Under the pieces are notes generated by a model, which was not told the origin of the DNA, ran no database searches, and was given only the letters and a program-made list of their open reading frames with translations. A stretch of 64,000 nt of DNA, from NCBI RefSeq assembly GCF_002113885.1, contig NW_018405052.1:313562-377561 (forward strand), written 5' to 3'. Position 1 is the stretch's first letter. Each line of letters opens with the position of its first letter. The position numbers and the translations under genes were made by a program. This DNA comes from Mizuhopecten yessoensis (Eukaryota). Of the stretch, positions 26,801 through 41,800 are shown in pieces.

Positions 26801-29800
26801 CATGTCATTACACACACCCTGGAAAACAAGCCAGATCATTACACACAACCTGGATAACAAGACATGTCATTATACACATTCTGGATAACAAGTCCTGTCA
26901 TTACACACACCCTGGAAAACAAGCCAGATCATTACACACATTCTAGATAACAAGTCATGTCATTACACACACTCTGGATAACAAGTCCTGTCATTTCACA
27001 CATCCTGGAAAACAAGCCAGATCATTACACACAACCTGGATAACAAGTCATGTCATTACACACCCTTGATAACAAGTCCTGTCATTACACATGCCCTGTA
27101 TAAAAAGTCATGTCATTACACTCACCCCGGATAACAATTCATGTCATCACAAACACTGGATAACAAATCATGTCATTACACACACCCTGGATAACAAATC
27201 ATGTCATTACACACACCCTGAATAACAAGTCTTATCTTTACAAACGCCCTGTATAACAGTCACAAAGTGAAAGTCACAGTCATTTATGCCCTTTGTAAAC
27301 AAGTCACACATTTACACATGATGTTAAGTTTTCTACATATACAAATTGACAATTTTTCAACATTGAAATACAGCAATCTGTCATAATCTGGATTTTATTG
27401 ATTAACATCATGGTTTTATACCACAGCGGTAATAATAACTTTAAGTTTTGCTTAATCTTTAAAGAGCAGGAATTATAATAGTAAGAATTACAAAGTGTTT
27501 GTAATAACAATAAAAAAAGAAAATTCAGTGATATTTAAGTACCCCTAGAACAACATGCTATGTAGGGAAGTGCACACATGAAGGAAGGTAAAACAAGGTG
27601 AAGGTTACCGCCGTATTGGCAGCGCAAACTCACAGTGCCTCTAGGCCCCGGCTTGCCATCTTTTCCTGGTATGCCTGGAGTACCACGCTCACCCTGAAGA
27701 AAGCAGAGAAGGGGGGATAGCATCAACAAGAGGGGACAGCTAGAGGAACAGCATCATAAGAGCATGGTGTAAGCTTCCATGGGCAGAATAATATGCAAGG
27801 GGAACATTATCTGGAGATGAAGGGGAACATTATCTGGAGATGAAGGGAAACATTCTGGATAGGGTCAGCAAGATAGATTTACAAACATAGAAGGATCAAA
27901 ATTGTAGAAGAAACACTGGTACAAGGTGTGGTATACTGTGACATACACAACCTCCTGTTCCCCTAGGACTGATATCCGCACTTGTTCACCATGCAGCCAG
28001 ACTTGGAGTGACTAGGTACAAATGTTCTACAATACATACTAGAGAGGTTTGTACCTGAAACCCTTTTTTCCCGACTTCCCCCTTTTCTCCTTTGGAACCT
28101 GCATCCCCTGCAGGTCCAGGTTTGCCAGAAGCCCCTTTTGGCCCAGACCGACCAAGGCGGCCTTTCTTTCCTTTCTTACCCTAAAGTGGTAAACAGACAG
28201 TAAGTAGAATTGTATACTAAATAAAACAAATGAGTTTGTAAGGAATGTTCATATTAAATAATTATCAATGTAAAAATAACAATCTACTTTCTTTCTCTTT
28301 ATCCATTGTAAACATTGTGTGCTTATCTATGCCATTGAAAAGAAATCTTCAAAATAATATTGATTTTTTTTATACTTTCTTTCATGAAATATATTTCTGC
28401 AACAATTATCCAAGTTCCTGTTCATGTAATTTCCAATATAGATTTCACTCATGCAACACATTTTAATGGTTATATACACTGATATTCATACAAATAAGAA
28501 ACCAGTACAATATCCAAACTATATTAATTGGACAATAATACACAACAATACCCCAACTATGGGGGCAAACAGTACACCACAATATACCAACTATAGGGGA
28601 CAATAGTACATCATAATATACCAACTATAGGGGAAAATAGTACATCACAATATACCAACTATAGGGGACAATAGTACATCACAATATACCAACTATAGGG
28701 GACAATAGTACATCACAATATACCAACTATAGGGAACCGAGAAGAGCATGATCCTTAGACTACTATACAAGAGATCCTAGAGGGATCATGGCGCCCACAA
28801 TTGTAAGATTTTCATAACCTCTATGTAAATTAGATCTTTTCTAATTACGTTCTTCTTTTTTCCGATCTGTTGGACTTATAGTCTTATAAACAGTAAATGC
28901 ATTGTGTGGTTACTTTTGATTAAAATTTGTACTGCTAGGTTTGAGCGTTTTCTTTCAAAATGAAGACATTGCTTATTTATTGATAAATAGTAATAACAAA
29001 CTTGAACTCTCAAAATCTAAGAATGCTGCTCAAGTATGGACTAAGGGGAAACCACATATGAAATATGATAAAGATCTGTCAAGTTCTTCTTGTAAAATAG
29101 CAAAAATTAACTGGAAATTCCAAAATCCAAGATGGCTGCTAGGTGGCCATGTTATTTTTCTTATCATTCCCAAAATCAAACAAGCACAGCTAAGGACCAT
29201 AGAAAACCTATCAACACAATTTGAGTACTTTTGGTACTTTTTGAGAAGAAGTGATAACAAGAATTGTTTACAGACGGATGGACCAAATGACAGGCGATTT
29301 GATCAGCCCACTATCTGATGATTGTAGACTAATGTCACTAGGATGAATACAGTATGTCTGTGGGACGAGGGATGTTTACAACAATAAAAGCCACCCTAGG
29401 AGAAGCTAATGAGAGCTGTTCGACAAGCTGATAACAGCAATACTACAAGCTGGTCACTGAACATGCTAAGGATAACATGCTCAAGAGAATACAGAAAGTG
29501 ACGTCACCCTTTTGCCGCGTCGTCCACGCTCTCCCGTGTCACCCTTGTGTCCAGCCGATCCTGGAAGACCCATTTCACCCTGTCATGAGAAACTTGGCAC
29601 ATCAAACCCTGAAATGACTGACTCAACTGTCAGCCAGTCAATCTGTCAGGTAACTTCTGTATGTGAAACTTCAAAATGTATACAGATATAGGTATTTTTG
29701 CCTGTATGTTCCAGTACAGACAGAACATGCTTGAAAATCACAAACCACAATAACAGTGCCACAAGAACCAAGCATTGATTTGACTCTGATGCAAAGCATG

Positions 29801-32800
29801 CTGTGAGGATGCAGGGAATTCACACGAAGTATAACACAAACTCTGACAAAGGCATGTAACCTAACACATACACATGCGTGACAGGACATGGAAAATACAT
29901 CGGGGTAGATGAGGATTCTGACATTAACCCTCCTTACTCTTGACGCATGCCCTACCTATATATATATACCTAGCAATACACATCAATCTGCCTGAAGAAG
30001 TCCAAGAAGGCAGAAAGGTCTAAAGGGAGATCTTACAAGTTTATTATTTTATTCTATACCTAGCTATATATATACATAGGATGACAGGCTATCCACCCTG
30101 TCCATTACAACTATACTTACAATACAATTTAGTATTATATAGGTGCTCAGATTGTTACCATGTTATTCAGTGAATACACACATCATTAAGTTTTTATTTA
30201 TGAATTTGTGATATCATAAAAAAATGATAATAGAAATGATATTACAGACTTTTAGATTATGATGTACATCTAAGACAGGAATGTCCAGAATTTAATGATT
30301 TAGAGAGGTCACATGGTGACCCTTTAATTTTCTTAATTTGATAGAGGCATCAATATGATGTCACTGACAGCAAAAGTCTCTTCCAGTTTGACACGATTTT
30401 GGCAAGAGGATGATAAAAAGATATAAGTGATGCCCTCAACCCTACACATCTTACTTTCTACAGTTCTGTAGAGGGTCAGTAACTGACAATACAACTGATA
30501 TTATGAAGTCACTGAAGAAACAATATATAGCACACAAGACTCGTGAATCTTGTCACACATTTTTCATTTCAGCTTGCCTGAATTCTCTAAATGAAAATGC
30601 TAAAGACTTATTTCATTAACCTCATAGGACATAAGAATATTATAACTCCTGAAGGTTACTATGACTGGAAAGTGTACCACATAAAACTCTCATCTGATCA
30701 GCAACAATCACTCTTCCTTACTCATAAGTATAGTCCAGACCAGAGGTGTTTTCTTTATAGATTATATATTTTAGTCCATTTTACTAAAACAATTTCTCTA
30801 TTTTTTCTCTCTCCTTCTGATTCTTTTACTTTCACCTGGCTTGTTACTTTCCTTTACCTCATTCTGGCCTCAGTATCACAAAACTTCTAAACTTAAACTT
30901 CACATTTCCTCTTAAATGTTCTAGAATCTGATTTTCTGCAATACACCATTGTTTTAAGTCAAGTACTGATTTCTTAACATAAATTCATAAAAAAATAAGT
31001 TTGGAGGACCTCAAATTGACCTTTAAAATAAATCTAATTTTAGAATTCAGAGCATTTTTAAAGATAAGAAGTTTTGTGATTTGGGGATCCTGACAATATT
31101 ATATATAATAATCATAACACAAAATAGATACGGTGATAGTTACCAGCACTACGATTAAATAGCAATAGTTGGATCTTTGGTCCTCTCAGCTGCTGGTCAC
31201 TGTGATGGTCATTATCCGAAGTCAGGCTGTTTTTGACAAAATAGCAAACTCTGCTGTGCTTCCATCACTCAAAACCTAACCACTAAACTGTGGTGTGAAA
31301 TGTATACAACTACATTGTATATCATTGTGCTGGGCCTATTGCACCAACAAACACTGTTTTATGTATTACATCAAAAGTATTGTGGCCATGGACATCCCAT
31401 TTATCATACAGACATCAGTATATAGTAATGTATCCAGAGAAAAAAATCAATTATGTACAACCTAATGACATACAAATATCAAAATAATAATATTGAGCTA
31501 AAAAGATTTTTTTTTTCTTTTTTTAAAATTGTGAGATATGTAGTACATGTAGTAGGTATACAGATACTAGATTAGTGTTACATGCAGTTGTCAGTAATAG
31601 TTGAGTATTATACAGTGTAAAAACAGAGTAGGAAAAAGTTCCCGAAAATATTACTGCTTTAAGACTTATATGGCATATTTAACACTACAATTAAACCCTT
31701 AGAAATCTTTCCAAATAACAAATAAAGAATCTTTAAAAATTAAGAACTTTGACTTTTGATCTAATTATCCAGTGAGAATGGAATTATAATCCTTTATACG
31801 GAGAACAGTAAATAACCAACATTGCCAGGTGCTGCTCATTGTTTGTGTGGTACATCTTTCTGTTTCAACTCAATTGATGCAACATTGAAATATTTCTGAA
31901 TTGAGCTTCAATTGATAAGAGAATTCCATGGAACTTAGTTGGAAAGATACCAAATTAAAATTTACCTGTGCTGAAGGAATATTCATAATTTGCTCTGGAG
32001 ATCACAGCAGTCTCATTGAATATTTTTGAATTTGACTTGGTATTGAACATGAGAAAGGAATTCAGACAGTAAGAGAAAGTTCCAATGGAATCGGATAACT
32101 CCTTCAAGGATATTCAGAGACTATAAACTTGGCTCAGCAGCATACTTGCATGAGAGACCTGGGTAGATAGTGTACTTGAAATGTTTCATAAAAATCTGAT
32201 CATTCTTTCCAAAAGATACTGTCTATGAATTATAAATGAATCAGATTGCAGCAGCATTATTAATTGTCAAAGCAAATCGTTCAGAAACAAACCTGTATGT
32301 CAGTGAAACTGATGACCAGGTTTGATGACAAAGTTGCATTTGCAGGTAAAACAGTAATTTGACACCAACAGGGTCGTTAGATTCGGTATAAAAGCTGATT
32401 ATATGACATGAAGCCTTTGCACACATCCCTTAAGCATGGTTACTAATCACTATGACTGCAGCTCTTGTCACTAATGTTAGTACGGCCTCTGTCCCATCAC
32501 CAGGGTTAGTTCTGTCAGTCTCCATGGATACATTAGATACCATCACCAGTCTCTACCTGTGCCCAGGGTGCAGGTCGTAGTGCGCTGGTTGAAGAGGTCT
32601 GACCACCTTGTGTAGTAGAGCGCTCCTGCATGCGTCGACGTCGCCTCAACTGGCGGTTACAGAACCTGTTGCAGCACTGCCAGGCAACAGAACGTGGACC
32701 TCTCTCGAAGGTGTCCTCTGACCCCTCCACCTCATCATCAGTTTCCATTGTAGCAGTTTCTTCATCTGTGGTTGTTGGGGGGTTACGGTCTCGGCCACTC

Positions 32801-35800
32801 ATGCGACTTGATCGCACCTCTAGCACACATCTGTGCGACGGTCTCTTTATGAACGAGGCAAGAAAATATGATGGCAGGTTTGTCTCCCCAAATACCCTGA
32901 ATTGCAATCATTACTGATCTCCTATATGGTCTGTTATTGATTTAATTTGCTGCAGTCACAGTTAGTTAGAAGTATGAATTTTGTTGCAGTCAGCTATTAA
33001 ATTTTGAAATCAAAGTTTATATGAGTTGATTTTGTATTGAAGATTTTCAATTCAATTTACATTTTTTTTTTGTAATCCAAAGATGCAACAAGGATTGACC
33101 TAATAATGCTGATTGCAGCAAATTTCACAAATAGCACACAACAATAAGGATAAGGCGAGGCACATAAACATTCAAATGAAAGGGTTCTCTCACCCTAGGA
33201 CCCCTGGGACCCCGTGGCCCAGGAAGGCCTCTAATGAACCCCTGAGGGTACCCCAGGCCACTTCCTCCTCCTGTCACTTCAGCTCCTCCACCTCCAGTTT
33301 CAGCTCCTGCCCCAGTTTGAGTTGATCCTCCAGTTTGAGTTGATCCTCCTCCTCCCCCACCCCCTCCCCCTCCCCCTCGGCCTCCTCCCCCTCGGCCTCC
33401 TCCTCCCCTACCCCCTCCTCCTCTGCCTCCTCTCTGGGAACAAAATACTGTAAACGTACATATTTCAGCGGCAATCTTATTTTAGTGCTTTTCATTACTG
33501 GCATATTATGATAGAGCGAATTGAAGCTTCCGTATGTACTGTACTTTGTGATATTTTGCTCAAAATGGTGTAGTTAAATTTAGGTGCATCAAATTTCAAA
33601 AAAAATAATTCAATAATGCACTAAAATTTGAGTGTGCTAAAATAAGTATGTGTACAGTACTACTTTCATGATGTACTGATTGGAATTATATCTGACTGAC
33701 CACCAGCAAATTCTCAAAGTAGTGTCAGGAAAAAAACACATATATAAGATAAATTAAGTCTTTGTATACAGGATGTAGCTGCCCAACAAATTACATGCAA
33801 AAAACATCATGATATTTGTTCTTCTTACAGAACATTAATAAAAGATTATTTTTTTTTGAAAATTTCCGTGAGCATTAATAGGAGAGGTACTCTTTCCCAT
33901 CCACATCCAGGAATAAATGGAATAAAATAAACCTGATCATTTCTAGGGCAGGTTCTATTTGATTAAATATTTGGTTAGTATAGTTTAGCATTTATTTACT
34001 TTTCAGATTTGTTCCAATTAAATTATGTCAGCGAATATATATATGTCAAAAAAGTGTGTTTTATACTATTTTTTAAAAGAGGACTTATCTAGCTGCTTAA
34101 TTAGAGCTATTCCATCTCGACTGGGTAGTGGAATTGTTAAAGTCACACTCAAGACACATAGTCACACTCAAGACACATAGTCACACTCAAGACCAATAGT
34201 CACACTCAAGACGAATAGTCACACTCAAGACATATAGTCACAGTCAAGACGAATAGTCACACTCAAGACATATAGTCAAAGTCAAGACGAATAGTCACAC
34301 TCAAGCCACATAGTCACAGTCAAGATGAATAGTCACACTCAAGCCACATAGTCACAGTCAAGACGAGTAGTCACACTCAAGACACATCGACTCATTCAAG
34401 ACACATAGTCACAGTCAAGACGAATAGTCACACTCAGGACACAGTCACACTCAAGACACATAGTCATACTAAAGACACATTGTCACACTCAAGACACATA
34501 GTCACAGTCAAGATGAATAGTCACACTCAGGACACAGTCACACTCAAGACATATAGTCACACAAAAGACACAGTCACACTCAAGACACATTGTCACACTC
34601 ATAACACATAGTCACACTCAAGACATATAGTCACAGTCAAGACATATAGTCACAGTCAAGACGAATATTCACACTCAAGACATATAGTCACACTCAAGAC
34701 ATATAGTCACAGTCAAGACATATAGTCACAGTCAAGACACATTGTCACACTCATAACACAGTCACACTCAAGACACATTGTCACACTCAAGACACATTGT
34801 CACACTCAAGACACATTAGACTTATACCCAAGATGCATCATTCCTTGAAATTTCTAAAAATCCCAATCTACAATGCAAATGTGTATAACACAAGGTACAA
34901 CACACATTGACAACACAAGGCTTCAACACATGCTTACAACATGCTTACAATACTTGATTTAATAGATGTTCAAACACAACTATTCACATTGACAACACAA
35001 GTATTCACGTTTACAACACAAGTATACACGTAAAGTCATTCACAATACCAGGCTCCAACATATGTTCATATGCATGGCTTGAAGACATGAAGCAACACAT
35101 GTTTACAACACTTGGTTCAGCACATGCTTACAACACAAGGCTTTCTAAACATGTTTTAACGTAAGTCATGAATACATGCCTACAACATAGGGCTTCACAA
35201 CACAAAGATTCCTCATATGCTTACAACACAAGGCTTAAAGCTCCATCATATGCTTACAACATAAGGCTTAAAGCTTCCTCATAGCTTACAACACAAGGCT
35301 TAAAGCTCCATCATATGCTTACAACACAAGGCTTAAAGCTCCATCAGATGCTTACAACTCAAGGCTTAAAGTTTCCTCATATGCTTACAACACATGGCTT
35401 AAAGATTCCTCATATGCTTACAACACAAGGCTTAAAGATTCCGCATATGCTTACAACACAAGGCTTAAAGATTCCGCATATGCTTACAACACAAGGCTTA
35501 AAGATTCCGCATATGCTTACAACACAAGGCTTAAAGATTCCGCATATGCTTACAACACAAGGCTTAAAGATTCCGCATATGCTTACAACACAAGGCTTAA
35601 AGATTCCGCATATGCTTACAACACAAGGCTTAAAGATTCCTCATATGCTTACAACACAAGGCTTAAAGATTCCTCATATGCTTACAACACAAGGCTTAGA
35701 TTCCTCATATGCTTACAACACAAGGCTTAAAGATTCCGCATATGCTTACAACACAAGGCTTAAAGATTCCTCATATGCTTACAACACAAGGCTTAGATTC

Positions 35801-38800
35801 CTCATATGCTTACAACACAAGGCTTAGATTCCTCATATGCTTACAACACAAGGCTTAAAGCTCCATCATAAGCTTACAACACAAGGCTTAAAGCTTCATC
35901 ATATGCTTCCAAAACAAGGCTTAAAGCTTCATCATATGCTTACAAAACAAGGTTTAAAGCTCCATCATATGCTTACAACACAAGGCTTAAAGATTCCGCA
36001 TATGCTTACAACACAAGGCTTAAAGATTCCTCATATGCTTACAACACAAGGCTTAAAGCTCCATCAGATGCTTACAACTCAAGGCTTAAAGTTTCCTCAT
36101 ATGCTTACAACACAAGGCTTAAAGATTCCTCATATGCTTACAACACAAGGCTTAGATTCCTCATATGCTTACAACACAAGGCTTAAAGATTCCTCATATG
36201 CTTACAACACAAGGCTTAAAGCTTTCTCATATGCTTACAACACAAGGCTTAAAGATTCCTCATATGCTTACAACACAAGGCTTAAAGCTTCCTCATATGC
36301 TTACAACACAAGGCTTAAACACATTTTCACAAGCAAGGCTTCAGGACATGTTTACACTCAAAGCTCATCAGATGGATTCTCATTAATCACACTTCTTTTG
36401 TCAAGTGAACCTGTGTAATCTGAACACCTGTACATTGCATAACTGTGATAGGTAACAAACAACATGGTCTCTATGGTGTTTACATAGATTTCACAACAGG
36501 TCTCACCAAATGTAGTTATGACAGATATTTCTGTATGTACCATATCTAATCTAATAAATGCAGTGGGCGCTGAGCTATTTGGAATAGTTATAATTAAATT
36601 CAGAACATCCCAATCTTTTCACCATAACATAACCATATCTTACTGATTTGTAATAAATTAAATTGATAAGACTTAAGTTGTCAATGACTGGAAAACATGA
36701 TATAGACCTGTGTCCACATACCAGATACAGCATTATCTCAGTTGGTCCAAGACCCAAGATACAGTGTAGAACGAGGTTTAAAATCTGAGACAGATAAGGA
36801 AGGGCACTGTCATGTGCCTGACATCCCTCCCCTTCACTCCCTTGTTATTTAGTTTTGGTAACAGTGACTTTGACCATGACCTTAGAAACATTTAAATCGT
36901 TTTTGCACATCTATTTACATGTAACAGACTATCACATTGTATCAAACTGTCAAATTTCCAAAAAAATAAAAATAGTCTTTTGGATTTTAAGATAAGAACT
37001 GTATTACCCCATGGTCTATTTTAAGTAACAGTGATTTTGACCTTGAAAACTTTTTAAAAGCCTTTTGCACATCTACATATCAGTGTATCACCATGTCAAA
37101 TTTCCATAAGATTAGCCTTTTGGATTCCATGACAAGAACCATATCCTCTCCTTGTCTATATTTAGTAATATTGACCTTGACTCTGACCTTAATGGGTTTT
37201 TTAAACCCTACTGCACATTAACATATCACATTGTATCATCATGTCAAATTTTGAAATTATCATTCCTTTGGATTGCAAGATATTCTCCCAAAACAAAGTG
37301 CTGATGGCTGGACAGACAGACACCATGATTACCAAATACGGATGGAGATCTAAGTTACAGTAAAAATACATGGTCGTAAACCTAAGAGATACCGATATAT
37401 TGTAGTAAAAGACTTACTGGGGCTCCAGGTCGTCCATCTCTGCCCTGAAAGTATAAATACAACATCATTTATTATACACTCAACACATGAGCATCTAAAA
37501 TATACATTGTAGGTCTGGCACTGGGATTTTACAGTATTGCAGTCATTATCAAAACTATAATATTGTTCCTGATCTAGTTAACAGATGAGTATATGTACTG
37601 ATGATCCACACATCACTAGATACACAGTATGGACCAGAGACACAGTATGAACTAGAGACAGTATGAACTAGAGACACAGTATGAACTAGAGACAGTATGA
37701 ACTAGACATACAGTATGAACAAGAGACACAGTATGAACTAGAGACAGTATGAACTAGAGACACAGTATGAACTAGAGACACAGTATGAACTAGAGATACA
37801 GTAAGAACTAGAGACAGTATGAACAAGAGACACAGTATGAACTAGAGACAGCATGAACAAGAGACACAATATGAACTAGAGACAGCATGAACTAGAGACA
37901 GTATGAACTAGAGACACAGTATGAACTATAGACAGTATGAACTAGAGACAGTATGAACTAGAGACAGTGTGAACTAGAGACACAGTATGAACTAGAGACA
38001 CAGTATGAACTATAGACAGTATGAACTAGAGACAGTATGAACAAGAGACACAATATGAACTAGAGACAGTATGAACTAGAGACAGTATGAACTAGAGACA
38101 CAGTATGAACTAGAGACACAGTATGAACTAGAGACACAGCATGAACTAGACATACAGTATGAACTACAGACACAGTATGAACTGGATACACAGTATGAAC
38201 TAGAGACACAGTATGAACTAGAGACAGTATGAACTAGTGACACAGCATGAACTAGACATACAGTATGAACTAGAGACACAGTATGAACTAGACATACAGT
38301 ATGAACTAGAGACACAGTATGAACTGGATACACAGTATGAACTAGAGACAGTATGAACTAGAGACACAGTATGAACTAGAGACACAGTATGAACAAGAGA
38401 CACAATATGAACTAGAGACAGTATGAACTAGAGACAGTATGAACTAGAGACACAGTATGAACTGGATACACAGTATGAACTAGAGACACAGTATGAACTA
38501 GAGACAGTATGAACTAGAGACAGTATGAACTAGACATACAGTATGAACTAGAGACACAGTATGAACTGGAGACAGTATGAACTAGAGACACAGTATGAAC
38601 TAGGGACAGTATGAACTAGGGACACAATATGAACTAGAGACACAGTATGAACTAGGGACAGTATGAACAAGAGAAACAATATGAACTAGAGACAGTATGA
38701 ACTAGAGACACAGTATGAACTAGACACACAGTATGAACTAGGGACAGTATAAACTAGGGACAGTATGAACTAGAGACACAGTATGAACTAGACACACAGT

Positions 38801-41800
38801 ATGAACTAGGGACAGTATAAACTAGGGACAGTATGAACTAGAGACACAGTATGAACTGGATACACAGTATGAACTAGAGACACAGTATGAACTAGAGACA
38901 CAGTATAAACTAGAGACAGTATGAACTAGAGACACAGTATGAACTAGAGACACAGTATAAACTAGGGACAGTATGAACTAGAGACACAGTATTAACTAGA
39001 GACAGTATGAACTAGAGACACAGTATGAACTAGAGACAGTAGGAACAAGACATACAGTATGAACTCGAGACACAGTATGAACTAGACACACAGTATGAAC
39101 TAGGGACAGTATGAACTAGAGACACAGTATGAACTAGAGACAGTATGAACTAGAGACACAGCATGAACTAGACACACAGTATGAACTAGGGACAGTATGA
39201 ACAAGAGACACAATATGAACTAGAGACAGTATGAACAAGACATACAGTATGAACTCGAGACACAGTATGAACTAGACACAGTCCTTCTTTTGTTGAGTAT
39301 GTCATAATATGTGCTACACACAAGTAAAGTTAACAGTAGAGATGATTTTTGAATGTAGAATTGTTATTGAAGTATTTTAACTCACTGAAGGTCCTCTTGG
39401 TCCTGGTGGTCCCTGAAATACAATGAAATAATATTTGCAGATGTAGTACAAGATCAATTTGGGTAACAAATTACTGCCTATAGTAAAGGATAAGAAAATT
39501 GCTGTAAGTTAGATTAAGATATATGTACTCCTTTTCCTCTTATTATCATTCAAGTAATAGTAATAGTAATAAAAGGATTCTGCAAAAACTATCAAACACT
39601 TGTATGTTGTGTTGCATTAATTAAACATGTCTCTGAAAACTATATTTTTACTTTTATTGTAACATTTCAAATACTTCTCATTATTTTATTATGGAAAATG
39701 AATTTACAATGCACACAACCTGTTAATATCTCAGCTATGTGATAAAAGGAAAAGAAAGTTAGAATTATCCCCCTTTAACTGATTCTATTCAGTGTACCTA
39801 CCGGGGCTCCCGACTCTCCCTGGTCTCCTTTCATACCATCAAACCCTGGCAGCCCCTGACTTCCTTTTGGTCCCGCAGGTCCCTCTGGCCCTGGACCTCC
39901 AGGCTGGCCTGCACCACCAGGTTCCCCTGGCTCACCCTACAACAGGTTATAGTCCAGAGTCTGAGACAGAGAAGTATGTGGTTTGATACCCTGATGTAAG
40001 ACATGATATGAGACCTTTGTACAATGTAGTACATGGTTCAAGACCTGAGTACATTGCAGTACAGGATCCGAGACCTGAGTACAATGTAGTACAGGATCCG
40101 AGACCTGAGTACATTGTAGTACAGGATCCGAGACTTGATATACAGTGTAGTACAGGTTCCGAGACCTGATATACAGTGTAGTACATAGTCCGTGACCTGA
40201 TATACAGTGTAGTAAAGGGTTCGAGACCTGATATACAGTGTAGTACATGGTCAGAGACCTGATATACAGTGTAGCACATAGTCAGAGACCTGATATACAG
40301 TGTAGTACATAGTCTGAGACCTGAGATACAGTGTTATACATGGTGTGAGACTTGATATACAATGTAATACATGGTCCGAGACCTTGAGTACAATGTAATA
40401 CATGGTCTGAGACCTCAATAACAGTGTAATATATGGTCCAAGACCTAAAATACTATGCAATACATGGTCAGAGACCTGGGATACAGTGTACTACATGGTC
40501 AGAGACCTGCAATACAGTGTAATATATGATCTGAGACCTGAAATACAGTGTAATACATGGTCAGAGACCTCAGTTACAGTGTAATATATGATCTGAGACC
40601 TGAAATACAGTGTAATACATGGTCAGAGACCTCAGTTACAGTGTAATATATGGTCTGAGACTTGAGATACAGTGTAATACAAGGTCAGGGACCTGAAATA
40701 CAGCGTAGTACATGATTTGTGACCTGGTATATAGTATGATACATGGTTGGAGACCTGAGATATAGTGCTGTCACACTTGATCACAACAAAGACAGTGTAG
40801 ACATGAATGTTTAATCATTAATCTAACAAGAGATTTTTTATAAACTTCATGTTGGATCACATCATGTTTCTATTTACGTCTTTTTATCTATAACGGTAAG
40901 TCACACAAGTTTTTCTTACATAATTTCTTCCTTAATTGTCGAAAGATGTTTCTGTATATTTTTTCACATGTATTTCTTCATTGACAGAAGAAAACAACAT
41001 GTTTACCATCTCGAAAAAAAAGAGTCTTCAGAGGCAATTTCAATTCAGTTTCTTTATATAATACTTACATAACGATTGCATCCAAATGGAGTATCTCCAA
41101 TCAATGTGCATACATGATGTTATTAATTTTGTAAATTTTGTGTCAATCCATCCACACCTCCCCACCTCCTCAAGGTCTGAGGTCTTACTTACATGCTTCA
41201 GAGACAACATCACATGCAGGAGAGGAAGTCATTGCAGTAGGAACATATCACTAAATATTTGGTTGTGAACAAATTACATGCAAGGATGAAACTGTCCCGA
41301 TGTTTGGCTATCTGTAGAAACTGTCCAAGTGTTTGGCTATCGGTAGACACTGACCCAGTGTTTGGCTATCTGTAGACACTGTCCCAGTGTTTGGCTATCT
41401 GTAGAAACTGTCGCAGTGTTAGGCTATCTGTAGAAACTGTCCCAGTGTTTGGCTATGTGTAGAAACTGCCCCAGTGTTTGGCTATCTGTAGAAACTGTTG
41501 CAGTGTTAGGCTATCTGTAGAAACTCTCCCAATGTTTGGCTATATGTAGAAACTGCCCCAATGTTTGGCTATATGTAGAAACTGTCCAAGTGTTTGGCTA
41601 TCTGTAGAAACTGTCCCAGTGTTAGGCTATATGTAGAAACTGTCCCAATGTTTGGCTATCTGTAGAAACTCTCCCAATGTTTGGCTATATGTAGAAACTG
41701 CCCCAATGTTTGGCTATCTGTAGAAACTGTCGCAGTGTTAGGCCATCTGTAGAAACTGTCGCAGTGTTAGGCTATCTGTAGAAACTGCCCCAATGTTTGA

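Noticed and set aside
24151-27260. CRISPR-like appearance of the ~30-bp repeats
   Set aside because: Units are contiguous with no unique spacers, there are no cas genes, and the context is a spliceosomal intron.
33274-33504. Glu-rich ORF ([12 protein letters not shown]) in the track
   Set aside because: It is an alternative frame of the Gly-rich exon. Only the Gly frame matches both splice sites and continues into Gly-X-Y.
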